A DNA stretch of 64,000 nucleotides from Candidatus Methylomirabilota bacterium (GCA_035550795.1 DASZOL010000050.1:31809-95808), one strand, 5' to 3'; positions 38,104 through 47,012 are shown, numbered from the stretch's first letter. Made by a program: numbers and translations. The notes: generated from the sequence alone by a model not told the origin.

Positions 38104-38130
38104 GGCGGAATCGATGGCGGAATCGATGGC
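38104..38130. repeat. 12-bp tandem GGCGGAATCGAT x2.25 upstream of dps
   Basis: Units at 38104-38115 and 38116-38127, plus GGC. Each unit contains the palindrome ATCGAT. It lies about 100 nt upstream of the dps GTG (38228). Confidence 0.9.
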
Positions 38131-38227
38131 CTCGCCGGGCCCGTCGAATCGTGAGAGCCTGATCGGGGTGGACGCGGGCGCGCGCCGGCCACCTCGCAGG
38201 CGATCGACACGCCAAGGGGGGGCCATC

Positions 38228-38707
38228 GTGGCAGTGAACATCGGACTGAATCAGCGACAGCGTCAAGGTGTCGTGGAGATCCTCTCTCGGCTCCTGGCGG
38301 ACGAGTACGTGCTCTACACGAAGACGCGCAACTACCACTGGAACGTCGTGGGGCCGCAGTTCAACGACCTGCACAAGTTCTTCGAGGGGCAGTACGAGGC
38401 CATCGAGGAGTTCATCGACGACGTGGCGGAGCGTGCGCGAACCCTCGGCGGGCCCGCCGTCGCCACGCTGGCGGAATTCCAGAAGCTGACGCGTCTCAAG
38501 GAGCATCCGGGCCGCTACCCGGCGGCGCGCGACATGTTGAAGAACCTGCTGGGGGACCACGAGGCCGTGATCCAGGTGCTCCGGCGGGACCTCGAGACCG
38601 CACTCGATCAGCACGGGGACGCCGGGACGAGCGACTTCCTGACGGGGCTGATGGAGCGCCACGAGAAGATGGCCTGGATGCTGCGCTCGTTCCTGGAGGG
38701 CCGGTAG
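38228..38707 (+). CDS. dps: Dps (DNA-binding ferritin-like starvation protein)
   Basis: ORF 38114..38707, trimmed to GTG 38228, which is preceded by AAGGGGGGG. LADEYVLYTKTRNYHWNVVGPQFNDLHKFFE...DDVAER carries the Dps ferroxidase motifs. Confidence 0.9.
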   Translation: MAVNIGLNQRQRQGVVEILSRLLADEYVLYTKTRNYHWNVVGPQFNDLHKFFEGQYEAIEEFIDDVAERARTLGGPAVATLAEFQKLTRLKEHPGRYPAARDMLKNLLGDHEAVIQVLRRDLETALDQHGDAGTSDFLTGLMERHEKMAWMLRSFLEGR

Positions 38708-38733
38708 CGGCGGCCTCGCTTGCGCGGGGAGCA

Positions 38734-38750
38734 CGGGACCGGAGGTCCCG
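38734..38750 (+). terminator. candidate GC-rich terminator hairpin after dps
   Basis: CGGGACC-gga-GGTCCCG, starting 27 nt after the TAG. There is no clear U-tract. It sits between convergent genes. Confidence 0.3.
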
Positions 38751-38811
38751 GCCCTTCGCGCGCCGGGTGCATCCGGGCCTCCGCCGGCCGGCCGGGGCCG
38801 TCGGGGCCTGA

Positions 38812-39648
38812 TCAGGCGCGAAGATGAGGATCGAGGAAGTCGCGCAGCCCGTCCCCTAGCAGGTTGGCGCCGAGGACGACGAGGGAGATCGCGACGCCCG
38901 GCACCGTGGCGAGCCACCAGGCATTCGAAAGGTAGTCGCGGCCTTCGGCGAGCATGGCGCCCCAGGAGGGCTGGGGCGGCTGCACGCCCATCCCGAGGAA
39001 TGACAGGCCCGACTCCAGCAGCACCATCGTGGCGAACTGGCTCGACGCGATGACGAGGATCGGCGCGAGGGTGTTCGGCAGCACGTGGCGGAACACCACC
39101 CGGAGCTGGCTCGCCCCGAGCGCCCACGCGGCGTCGACGTACTCGAGCTGGCGAATCGTGAGCACGTTGGCCCGCACGGCTCGAGCGTGAAGGACCCATC
39201 CGGAGAGAGCCAGGACGCCGACCAGCGCGAACGGACTCGTCCCCACGACGGCGACGATCGCGATCGCCAGCATGATGACCGGGAAGGTGAGCTGGACGTC
39301 AGCGAGACGCATGACCAGGTCGTCCAGCTTCCCTCCCAGGTACCCGGCCAGGAGCCCCACGAGCACGCCGACACCGGTCGCCAGCACGACCGCGCTCGTC
39401 GCCAGGACGAGCGAGATCCGCCCGCCGTAGAGGAGCCGGGCGTAGATGTCGCGCCCCAGGTTGTCGGCGCCAAGGGGCCGCGCCGACGTGCCACCGAGGC
39501 CCCACGGGGCCCGGAGGCGCTGGCCGAAGCTCGGACGGATCGGGTCCGAGGCCGTCAGGAGCGGCGCGCAGACGCTCGCCAGGACGACCGCGAGCAGGAT
39601 GCCACCCCCGACGAGGACCAGGGGGTTCCGACGGCCGAAGGCGAACAC
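38812..39648 (-). CDS. ABC transporter permease, DppC/OppC-like, cassette 4
   Basis: ORF 38812..39819, trimmed to GTG 39648, which is preceded by GAGGAGG. GADNLGRDIYARLLYGGRISL and LLGDGLRDFLDPH. Confidence 0.85.
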   Translation of the reverse strand: MFAFGRRNPLVLVGGGILLAVVLASVCAPLLTASDPIRPSFGQRLRAPWGLGGTSARPLGADNLGRDIYARLLYGGRISLVLATSAVVLATGVGVLVGLLAGYLGGKLDDLVMRLADVQLTFPVIMLAIAIVAVVGTSPFALVGVLALSGWVLHARAVRANVLTIRQLEYVDAAWALGASQLRVVFRHVLPNTLAPILVIASSQFATMVLLESGLSFLGMGVQPPQPSWGAMLAEGRDYLSNAWWLATVPGVAISLVVLGANLLGDGLRDFLDPHLRA

Positions 39649-39655
39649 GGCCTCC

Positions 39656-40576
39656 TCAGCGGTAGCGGATGCGGGGGTCGACGACCGTGTAGAGGGCGTC
39701 GACCAGGAGGTTGATGAGGACGAAGATGGTCGCCGAGAGGATGAGGACGGTCTGGACGACCGGGAAGTCCCGGAAGTAGATCGCGTCGACGACGAGCTTC
39801 CCCATCCCAGGCCAGGCAAACACTGACTCCGTGATGACCGCGCCCCCCAGGAGCGCGCCGATCTGCAGGCCTATCACCGTCAGCACGGGGATCGTCGCGT
39901 TGCGGAGCGCGTGCCGCAGGATCACCGCCCGCTCAGCCAGACCCTTGGCCCGCCCTGTCCGAATGAAGTCCCGGCTCAGGATCTCCAGCATGCTGGAGCG
40001 CGTCAGCCGTGCGACCAGTGCGGTGGGATAGGCGGCGAGCGTGATGCTCGGGAGGACCAGGTAGGTCCAGTTCTCGAATCCCGAGGTCGGCAGCCATCGG
40101 AGCGTCACGCCGAACAGCAGGACCAGCATGATGCCGAGCCAGAAGTTCGGCAGGGACTGGCCGAGAACGGCGAGGATGGTGCCCGCGTAGTCATAGCGGG
40201 TGCCCCGGCGGACCGCCGCGACGATCCCGATCGTGACCCCCGCGACCACCGTCAGCATCATGGCGCAGAAGGTCAGCTGGAGGGTCGCCGGCAGCCGCTC
40301 CCGGACGACCTGGAGCGCGGGGGCGCGGTACTGGAAGGACTGCCCGAAGTCCCCTCGGAACACGCTCCGCAGGAAGATCGCGTACTGGACGTGGAGCGGC
40401 TCCTTGAGGCCGAGTTGGCGGTTCAGCTCGTCGACCGCCGACTGCGGGGCGCCCTCGGGCAGCAGCATCTTCGCGGGGTCGCCGGGGAGTACCCGGAGGA
40501 TCACGAAGACGAGGACGGACATGCCGACCAGGGTGACGATCGCCTGGGCAGCTCTTCGCAGCAGATAGGCCTGCAT
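39656..40576 (-). CDS. ABC transporter permease, DppB/OppB-like, cassette 4
   Basis: ORF 39656..40651, trimmed to ATG 40576 (MQAYLLRRAAQAIVTLVGMSVLVFVILRVLPGDP). RTGRAKGL and VVDPRIRYR. Confidence 0.9.
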   Translation of the reverse strand: MQAYLLRRAAQAIVTLVGMSVLVFVILRVLPGDPAKMLLPEGAPQSAVDELNRQLGLKEPLHVQYAIFLRSVFRGDFGQSFQYRAPALQVVRERLPATLQLTFCAMMLTVVAGVTIGIVAAVRRGTRYDYAGTILAVLGQSLPNFWLGIMLVLLFGVTLRWLPTSGFENWTYLVLPSITLAAYPTALVARLTRSSMLEILSRDFIRTGRAKGLAERAVILRHALRNATIPVLTVIGLQIGALLGGAVITESVFAWPGMGKLVVDAIYFRDFPVVQTVLILSATIFVLINLLVDALYTVVDPRIRYR

Positions 40577-40616
40577 CAGGGGGTCGGGGCCCGCGAAGCC
40601 CGACGCGCGGGGCCCA

Positions 40617-40656
40617 CCGCCGGCCTCGCCGGCGGCCGGCCCCCGAGGCACCTCGG
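40617..40656 (-). other. GC-rich dyads between SBP and permease genes
   Basis: CCGCCGGC-ctc-GCCGGCGG (40617-40635) and CCGAGG-ca-CCTCGG (40643-40656), within the 117-nt spacer. Read directly. Confidence 0.35.
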
Positions 40657-40693
40657 AGGACCTGGCCGGCCGGCGGACACGGCGAGGCTCGGA

Positions 40694-42235
40694 CTACCGG
40701 ATACCGACGTCGTACAGCAGGACGTAGTAGTCGCGTCGCGCCTGGAAGTTCTGGAGCTTCTCGCTCACGGCATAGATCGCGACGCTGTAGTAGGGCCAGA
40801 TCTCGGGCTCGTCCTCCCAGAGCGCCTTCTCGATTTCCTCGTACTTCTGCTGGCGCACCTTGGGGTCGGGCACCCGGCCCTCGGCGATCAGCTCCTCGAC
40901 CTTGGGGTTCGAGTACCGTGTGAGCTTCTCGGCCCCCGCCTTGGTGAACCACTGGCCGAGGTACCAGTCGGGATCGTGGGGCATGTGGGCCCAGCCCGAG
41001 AAGAACATGTCGTAGTTGCCAGCCGTGCGCGCCTCGCGGGCGGTGGCGATCTCCAGGTTCTTGATGTTCACGGTGATGCCGACGTCGCCGAGCATCGCGG
41101 CCACCGCCTGCACGATCTCGAGCTGCTTCGGGTAAAGGTCCTTCATCAGCACGAAGTCGAGCGACAGGTTCTTGTAGCCTGCGTCCTTCAGGATCTGCCG
41201 CGCCTTCTCGGGGTCGTAGGCCTTCTGGCCGAGGTTCGTGTGGCCGATGAGGCCGGGCGGGATCGGGCTCACCACCGGGCGCGCGTAGCCCAGGAGCAGG
41301 TCCTTGATGATGACGTTCCGGTCGATGGCGAGCGAGATTGCGTGCCGCACGCGCGGGTCCTTGACGGGGTCCTTGGCCAGCTGAAAGATCCAGCGCTGCG
41401 CTTCGATGGCCGGCGTGTCGAGGACCCGGACGCCCGCCGTCGAGCGGAGCGTCTGCACGTTGTCGGGCCACACGCGGTCGATCACGTGGAGCTCGCCGGC
41501 GCGGAGGGCGGCGACACGGGTCGAGAGCTCGGGGATGAAGCGGAAGACCACCTTCTCGACCTTCGGGATCCCGGGCTTCCAGTAGGCCTCGTTGGCGATC
41601 AGGGTGATCTGCTCGCCGTGAGTCCAGCCCCCGAACTTGAAGGGCCCGGTACCCGCCGGCTTCTGGAAGAACGCCTCCTCGTTCGCGGCGGCGGTGTGCG
41701 GGAGGATGCCCAGCATCGTGAGGTGAGCCGGCAGCGAGCCAAACGGCCGCTTGGTCGACACGATGACGGTGAAATCGCCGTCCTTCCGGACGTCATCGAT
41801 GTCCTGGTAGACGAACGCCTTGATCAGCTTCGTGTTGTCGCGCGCCCGTTTGAGGGAGTAGATGACGCTGTCCGCCGTGAACGCCGTGCCGTCGTGGAAC
41901 TTCACGCCCTTGCGAAGCGTGAACCGCCACGTCGTGTTGTTCACCGGCGTCCACGATTCCGCAAGGCAGGGGACGAACTTCGAGTCGTTCGTCACCTCGA
42001 CCAGCGGGTCGTAGATGTGCCGGAGGACCGACGTCGCCGAGATCGAGTAGTGGTTCGCCGGGTCCAGGGTCAGCATCCGCTCGGAGAGACCGGCCACGAT
42101 CTCCCCCTTGCGCGCCTGGGCCGCCGCCGGACCTGGCCGGATGCCGGCGGCTGCGATGGCGGCGCCCGCGCCTGCCAGGATCTGACGTCGGGTGACGTTG
42201 AGCGACTTCGAGTGATCGGGAGTGGTGTAATCCAT
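40694..42235 (-). CDS. ABC transporter substrate-binding protein, family 5, Tat-signal, cassette 4
   Basis: ORF 40694..42301, trimmed to ATG 42235, which is preceded by GAGGAG. Twin-arginine signal TRRQILAGAGAAIAAAGI. Family-5 length. Confidence 0.88.
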   Translation of the reverse strand: MDYTTPDHSKSLNVTRRQILAGAGAAIAAAGIRPGPAAAQARKGEIVAGLSERMLTLDPANHYSISATSVLRHIYDPLVEVTNDSKFVPCLAESWTPVNNTTWRFTLRKGVKFHDGTAFTADSVIYSLKRARDNTKLIKAFVYQDIDDVRKDGDFTVIVSTKRPFGSLPAHLTMLGILPHTAAANEEAFFQKPAGTGPFKFGGWTHGEQITLIANEAYWKPGIPKVEKVVFRFIPELSTRVAALRAGELHVIDRVWPDNVQTLRSTAGVRVLDTPAIEAQRWIFQLAKDPVKDPRVRHAISLAIDRNVIIKDLLLGYARPVVSPIPPGLIGHTNLGQKAYDPEKARQILKDAGYKNLSLDFVLMKDLYPKQLEIVQAVAAMLGDVGITVNIKNLEIATAREARTAGNYDMFFSGWAHMPHDPDWYLGQWFTKAGAEKLTRYSNPKVEELIAEGRVPDPKVRQQKYEEIEKALWEDEPEIWPYYSVAIYAVSEKLQNFQARRDYYVLLYDVGIR

Positions 42236-42316
42236 GGCAGGCTCCTCGCGCGCGATGTGGGTCGTGAAGGGCTCGCTGTCGATCGACGCCTTCCAGTTCA
42301 CAGGGCGGCGCGGGTC

Positions 42317-42346
42317 ATGTCAAGAGCCCCGACGCCCTGCTACAAT
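42317..42346 (+). promoter_or_regulatory. candidate promoter for a leaderless transcript
   Basis: ATGTCA (42317-42322), an 18-nt spacer, then TACAAT (42341-42346). The GTG start at 42355 is 8 nt downstream, and the intervening CGTCCGCC has no SD. Confidence 0.4.
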
Positions 42347-42354
42347 CGTCCGCC

Positions 42355-44781
42355 GTGACCGAGCACGCCCGGGCGGTGATCGTTGGCGGCGGCGTGGGCG
42401 GGGCGAGCGTCGCGTACCACCTCACGGCGAAAGGGTGGCGTGACATCGTGCTCGTCGAGCGCGCCGACCTGACGAGCGGATCGACGTTCCACTCGGCGGG
42501 GCTGGTGGGACAGCTCCGATCCTCCGTCGCGCTGACGCGCCTGATGATGTGGAGCGTCGAGTGCTACCGGCAGCTGGCCCTGGAGACGGGCCGCGATCCC
42601 GGGTGGAAGGAGGTCGGGAGCCTCCGGCTCGCGTGCACCCCCGAGCGCGTGCTCGAGCACCGGCGCCAGGCCGGCTGGGCGAAGACCTTCGGGCTTCCCC
42701 TGGAGGAGATCGGACCGGCCGAGGCCCGCGCCCTGTTTCCGGTGATGGGCCTCGATGGCGTTCTCGGCGCCGTGTACCTGCCCACGGACGGTCACCTCGA
42801 TCCGAGCGGCCTGGCGACGGCGCTGGCGGACGGCGCGCGGCGGCGCGGGGCGGCGATCCGGACCGGCACCCGCGTTCTCGGCATCACGGTGCGGGACGGC
42901 CGCGTGCGGGAGGTCGAGACCACGGGCGGGACCGTGCGCACCGAGGTCGTGGTCAACGCGGGGGGGATGTACGCTCCCGAGATCGCGCGGATGGTGGGCG
43001 TGACGCTCCCGCTGATCCCGATGGCGCATCAGTACCTCGTCACGAGGCCGATCGAGGGGGTGCACGCGGCCATGCCGACGCTCCGCGACCCGGACCACCT
43101 CGTCTACTTCCGGGAAGAGGTCGGAGGGCTGCTGGTCGGGGGGTATGAGCGCGAGCCGGCTCCGTGGGGCCTCGACGGGATCCCGGCGGACTTCAACCAC
43201 CGGCTGCTGCCCCCGGACTGGGAGCGCTTCGCGCCCCTCATGGAGGGGGCGGTGCACCGGGTCCCGGCGATCGGCAGCGCGGAGATCGTTCGGCTGATCA
43301 ACGGGCCCGAGGCCTTCACGCCTGACGGCGAGTTCATCCTGGGCGAGGCCCCGGAGGTCCGGGGGTTCTTCGTCGCGTGCGGCTTCTGTGCCCACGGCAT
43401 CGCCGGATCCGGCGGCATGGGCCGGATCATGGCGGACTGGATCGTCGAGGGGGATCCCGGACTCGACATCTGGCACATGGACCTGCGCCGGTTCGGTCCG
43501 CAGTACCGCTCCCGCCGGCTCACCCTCGAGCGCACGCACGAGGTGTACCGGACTTACTACGACCTTCGCTACCCCAACCAGGAGCGCGAGGAAGGGCGGC
43601 GACTGCGTCTGTCCCCCGCGTACCCCCGCCTGCGCGAGCTCGGAGCGGTCTTCGGCGAGAAGTCGGGCTGGGAGCGGCCCAACTGGTTCGAGCCGAACGC
43701 GGGCGCCGGCGGTGAGGGCCGGCGGCCGCGCGGGTTCGCGGGCCGGATCTGGTCGCCCGCGATCGAGGCCGAGCACCTCGCCACGCGCGAGCGGGCGGGA
43801 CTGTTCGACGAGACGTCATTCTCCAAGCTCGAGTTGGTGGGATCCGGGGCGCTCGGCCTGCTGCAGCGGCTCTGCGGCAACGACGTGGACAGGCCGCTCG
43901 GCTCGGTCGTCTACACGTCGGTGCTCAACGAGCGGGGCGGGATCGAGTGCGACTTTACCGTGACGCGACTCGGTCCCGCCCGGTTCCGGATCGTCACGGG
44001 CACGGCCTTCGGCACCCACGATCGCGGCTCCATCCAGCAGCATCTCCCCCGCGACGGGTCGGTGTCCCTCCTGGACGTCACGGGAGCGCTCTGCTGCATC
44101 GGTCTCTGGGGGCCGCGCGCCCGAGACATCCTCGCGGCGACGACGACGGCCGACGTGTCGAACGCCGCCTTCCCGTACCTCACCGCCCGGGAGCTCGCCG
44201 TCGGGCGGGTGCCCGTTCTCGCGGCCCGCGTCACGTACGTGGGCGAGTTGGGCTGGGAGCTCTATGCGCCCACGGAGTACGGGCTCGAGCTCTGGGATAC
44301 TCTCTGGGAGGCCGGTCAGCCCCATGGCATGGTCGCCGCCGGTTACCGTGCCATCGACTCCCTCCGGCTGGAGAAGGGCTACCGGTACTGGAGCGCCGAC
44401 ATCACTCCCGACGACACGCCGTACGAGGCGGGGCTCGGGTTCGCGGTCAGGCTCGGCAAGGGCGACTTCCTCGGCCGTGAGGCACTGACGCGGCAGCAGG
44501 CGGAGGGCGTGCGCCGGAAGCTCGCGTGCCTGACGCTCTCCGACCCGACCCGGGTTGCGCTGGGCGGCGAGCCCGTGCGCGTGGCTGATCGGGTCGTCGG
44601 GAGGGTCACGAGCGGGGGGTTCGGATACACCGTGGGCTTCTCGATCGCCTACGCGTACCTGCCGGCGGATCTCGCGATCCCGGGAACGCCGGTCGAGGTC
44701 GAGTTCTTCGGGGAGTGGGTCGGGGGGGTGGTGGCCGCCGAGCCCCTCTGGGATCCGCGAGGCGACAGGATCAGGACTTGA
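42355..44781 (+). CDS. FAD-dependent oxidoreductase fused to a GcvT-type folate-binding domain (dimethylglycine/sarcosine dehydrogenase or oxidase family)
   Basis: ORF 42355..44781, 808 aa. N-terminal VIVGGGVGGASVAYHL...SGSTFHSAG (DAO domain). C-terminal GcvT-like blocks (GYRAIDSLRLEKGY, GGEPV). Confidence 0.85.
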   Translation: MTEHARAVIVGGGVGGASVAYHLTAKGWRDIVLVERADLTSGSTFHSAGLVGQLRSSVALTRLMMWSVECYRQLALETGRDPGWKEVGSLRLACTPERVLEHRRQAGWAKTFGLPLEEIGPAEARALFPVMGLDGVLGAVYLPTDGHLDPSGLATALADGARRRGAAIRTGTRVLGITVRDGRVREVETTGGTVRTEVVVNAGGMYAPEIARMVGVTLPLIPMAHQYLVTRPIEGVHAAMPTLRDPDHLVYFREEVGGLLVGGYEREPAPWGLDGIPADFNHRLLPPDWERFAPLMEGAVHRVPAIGSAEIVRLINGPEAFTPDGEFILGEAPEVRGFFVACGFCAHGIAGSGGMGRIMADWIVEGDPGLDIWHMDLRRFGPQYRSRRLTLERTHEVYRTYYDLRYPNQEREEGRRLRLSPAYPRLRELGAVFGEKSGWERPNWFEPNAGAGGEGRRPRGFAGRIWSPAIEAEHLATRERAGLFDETSFSKLELVGSGALGLLQRLCGNDVDRPLGSVVYTSVLNERGGIECDFTVTRLGPARFRIVTGTAFGTHDRGSIQQHLPRDGSVSLLDVTGALCCIGLWGPRARDILAATTTADVSNAAFPYLTARELAVGRVPVLAARVTYVGELGWELYAPTEYGLELWDTLWEAGQPHGMVAAGYRAIDSLRLEKGYRYWSADITPDDTPYEAGLGFAVRLGKGDFLGREALTRQQAEGVRRKLACLTLSDPTRVALGGEPVRVADRVVGRVTSGGFGYTVGFSIAYAYLPADLAIPGTPVEVEFFGEWVGGVVAAEPLWDPRGDRIRT

Positions 44782-45980
44782 CCGCGTACGACCCGAGGCG
44801 GCCGGAGGTCGTGGCCGACCCCTATCCGGCGCTCGGGCGCCTCCGCGAGGAGGAGCCGGTCCACTGGAGCGAGGTCCTGGGCGGCTGGGTGCTCACGCGC
44901 TACGCGGACGTCCGAGCGGCCCTCGCGGACCCGCGCCTGTCTGCCGACCGGATCACGCCCTTCCTGGCCCGACGGACCCTGACGGCGAGCGACGCGGTCC
45001 AGGCGCTCCTGCGCCAGGTCGGGCTCTGGGTCGTCTTCACGGATCCCCCGACGCACACGCGGCTCCGCAGCGTGTTGGGCCGCGTCCTCACGACGCGCGC
45101 GATCGAGCTCCGGCGTCCACGGGTCGAGGCGATCGTCCGCGGGCTGCTGGACCGGGCGGCCGCGGCGGGGGAGATGGACCTGATCCGGGACTTCGCCTAC
45201 CCGCTGCCGGTGACCGTGATCGGAGATCTCCTCGGCGTCCCGTCCGGAGACCACGAGCAGCTCAAGGCGTGGTCGGACGAGCTGGCGACGTTCGTCGGGA
45301 GCTCCCTGACCGCGCCCGACAAGTACGAGCGGGCCGCACGCGGTGTCGCCGAGATGCACGAGTACTTCGCGCGCGTGGTCGCCCGCCGCAGGGCGGCGCC
45401 CGCCGACGACCTCGTGACGGCGCTCCTGGCGGCCGAGGAGCGCGGCGACGGGCTGCGCGAGGGCGAGCTGGTCGCCAGCTGCGTGCTGCTCCTCTTCGCC
45501 GGCCACGAGACCACCACGAACCTCATCGGCAACGGCGCCCTCGCCCTTCTCCGCCATCCGGCCGAGGCCCGGGCGTGGCGGGAGGACCCCGCCCTCACGG
45601 CGCCGGCCGTCGAGGAGCTCCTGCGGTACGACGGTCCCACGCCCGCGATGGTGCGCGTCGCCCGCGAGGACCTGCAGGCCGACGACCGGACCATCCGGCG
45701 CGGGGACCGTCTGTTCCTGATGATCAGCGCGGCCAACCGCGATCCACGCCAGTTCGCGGAGCCGGATCGCCTCGACCTCCGGCGCGCCGACAACCGTCAT
45801 CTGACCTTCGGGCACGGGATTCACTTCTGCCTCGGGGCCCCGCTTGCCCGGCTGGAGGGGCAGGTCGCCCTGCCGGCGCTCCTGTCCCGGTTCCCGGCGC
45901 TGGCCCTTCGCACGGACGCGCCGGAGTGGCTCGACTCACTGATCTTTCGAGGAATGCAATCCTTGCCTGTCGCGCTCTGA
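44778..45980 (+). CDS. cytochrome P450
   Basis: ORF 44715..45980, trimmed to TTG 44778, which overlaps the upstream stop (TTGA). AGHETTT (I-helix), ELLRY (ExxR) and FGHGIHFCLGAPLARLE (heme Cys loop). Confidence 0.9.
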   Translation: MTAYDPRRPEVVADPYPALGRLREEEPVHWSEVLGGWVLTRYADVRAALADPRLSADRITPFLARRTLTASDAVQALLRQVGLWVVFTDPPTHTRLRSVLGRVLTTRAIELRRPRVEAIVRGLLDRAAAAGEMDLIRDFAYPLPVTVIGDLLGVPSGDHEQLKAWSDELATFVGSSLTAPDKYERAARGVAEMHEYFARVVARRRAAPADDLVTALLAAEERGDGLREGELVASCVLLLFAGHETTTNLIGNGALALLRHPAEARAWREDPALTAPAVEELLRYDGPTPAMVRVAREDLQADDRTIRRGDRLFLMISAANRDPRQFAEPDRLDLRRADNRHLTFGHGIHFCLGAPLARLEGQVALPALLSRFPALALRTDAPEWLDSLIFRGMQSLPVAL

Positions 45981-46011
45981 TGACGCCGGGCGCGGCTACC
46001 GGAGGATCTCT

Positions 46012-46911
46012 ATGCCCCGAGTTTCCGTGAACGGCATCCGCCTCCACTACGACGAGGTCGGCCAGGGCGCTCCGCTCGTCTTCGTCCACGAGTTTGCGGG
46101 CGAGGGCCGGAGCTGGCATCTTCAGGTGCGCTTCTTCGCCCGCCGCTACCGGACGATCACGTTCAACGCCCGCGGCTATCCGCCATCCGATGTGCCCACG
46201 GCCGGAACGGCCTACTCCCAGGACCAGGCCGTCGACGACATTCGGGGGCTCCTCGACGCGCTCGGGATCGCCAAGGCCCACGTCTGCGGGCTGTCCATGG
46301 GCGGCTACGCGACGCTCCACTTCGGCATCCGCCATCCCGAGCGGGCCCTCTCGCTGGTCGTCGCGGGGTGCGGGTACGGGAGCCTGGCGGCCGATCGGGC
46401 ACAGTTCAAGCGGGATGTCGAGGTCACATCGCAGCGCTTCCTCGCCGAGCCCATGGCCGCGCTTGCCGACGTCTACTGCCAGGGGCCGACGCGGGTCCAG
46501 TTCCGGGACAAGGACCCGGTGGGGTGGCAGGAGTTCCGGGACCACTTCGCGGCCCAGTCGGCCCTCGGTCACGGCCTCACGATGCGCGGTGTCCAGCTGA
46601 CGCGGCCCTCGGTGTACGACCTCGAGCCGGAGCTCGGACGTCTGACCGTGCCGACGCTCATCGTCACGGGGGACGAGGATGACCCCTGCCTGGAGCCCGG
46701 CATCTTCATGAAGCGGAAGATCCGGACCTCGGGGCTCGTGGTGATCCCGAAGGCCGGACACACGATCAACCTGGAGGAGCCGGAGGCCTTCAACCGGGCG
46801 GTGCTCGACTTCCTGACCGCGGTGGAGTCGGGCCGCTGGACTTCACGTAACCCGGCGTCTCAAACAGGATCATCTATACTGCCGTCATCTAAGGCTGAAT
46901 CCGACCATTAA
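46012..46911 (+). CDS. alpha/beta hydrolase
   Basis: ORF 46012..46911. VFVHEFAGEG, nucleophile elbow GLSMGG and a late GHTINLEEPEAFN. The last ~23 codons run through a low-GC patch and are probably not part of the conserved domain. Confidence 0.85.
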   Translation: MPRVSVNGIRLHYDEVGQGAPLVFVHEFAGEGRSWHLQVRFFARRYRTITFNARGYPPSDVPTAGTAYSQDQAVDDIRGLLDALGIAKAHVCGLSMGGYATLHFGIRHPERALSLVVAGCGYGSLAADRAQFKRDVEVTSQRFLAEPMAALADVYCQGPTRVQFRDKDPVGWQEFRDHFAAQSALGHGLTMRGVQLTRPSVYDLEPELGRLTVPTLIVTGDEDDPCLEPGIFMKRKIRTSGLVVIPKAGHTINLEEPEAFNRAVLDFLTAVESGRWTSRNPASQTGSSILPSSKAESDH

Positions 46912-47012
46912 TGTCTGCGGCGCTCGGACCGGTCCGGGCGTGATCGAGGGGCGTGCCCGCGGCGACCGCAGCAGGGGAGACGAGGGAGGTGAAGGCGCAC
47001 CCGGTCGCCCGC

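Noticed and set aside
39911-42358. 815-aa plus-strand ORF, and similarly 49574..51646 (+, 690 aa), 42340..43776 (-), 44649..45824 (-) and 30686..32730 (-) ORFs
   Set aside because: All are antisense or out-of-frame shadows of genes with clear family motifs. None has motifs of its own.
46846-46937. Low-GC patch considered as a tRNA fragment or integrase attachment site
   Set aside because: I could not fold a cloverleaf or find T-loop (GTTCRANYC-like) sequence. No integrase or other mobile-element gene is nearby. It is kept only as a compositional anomaly.
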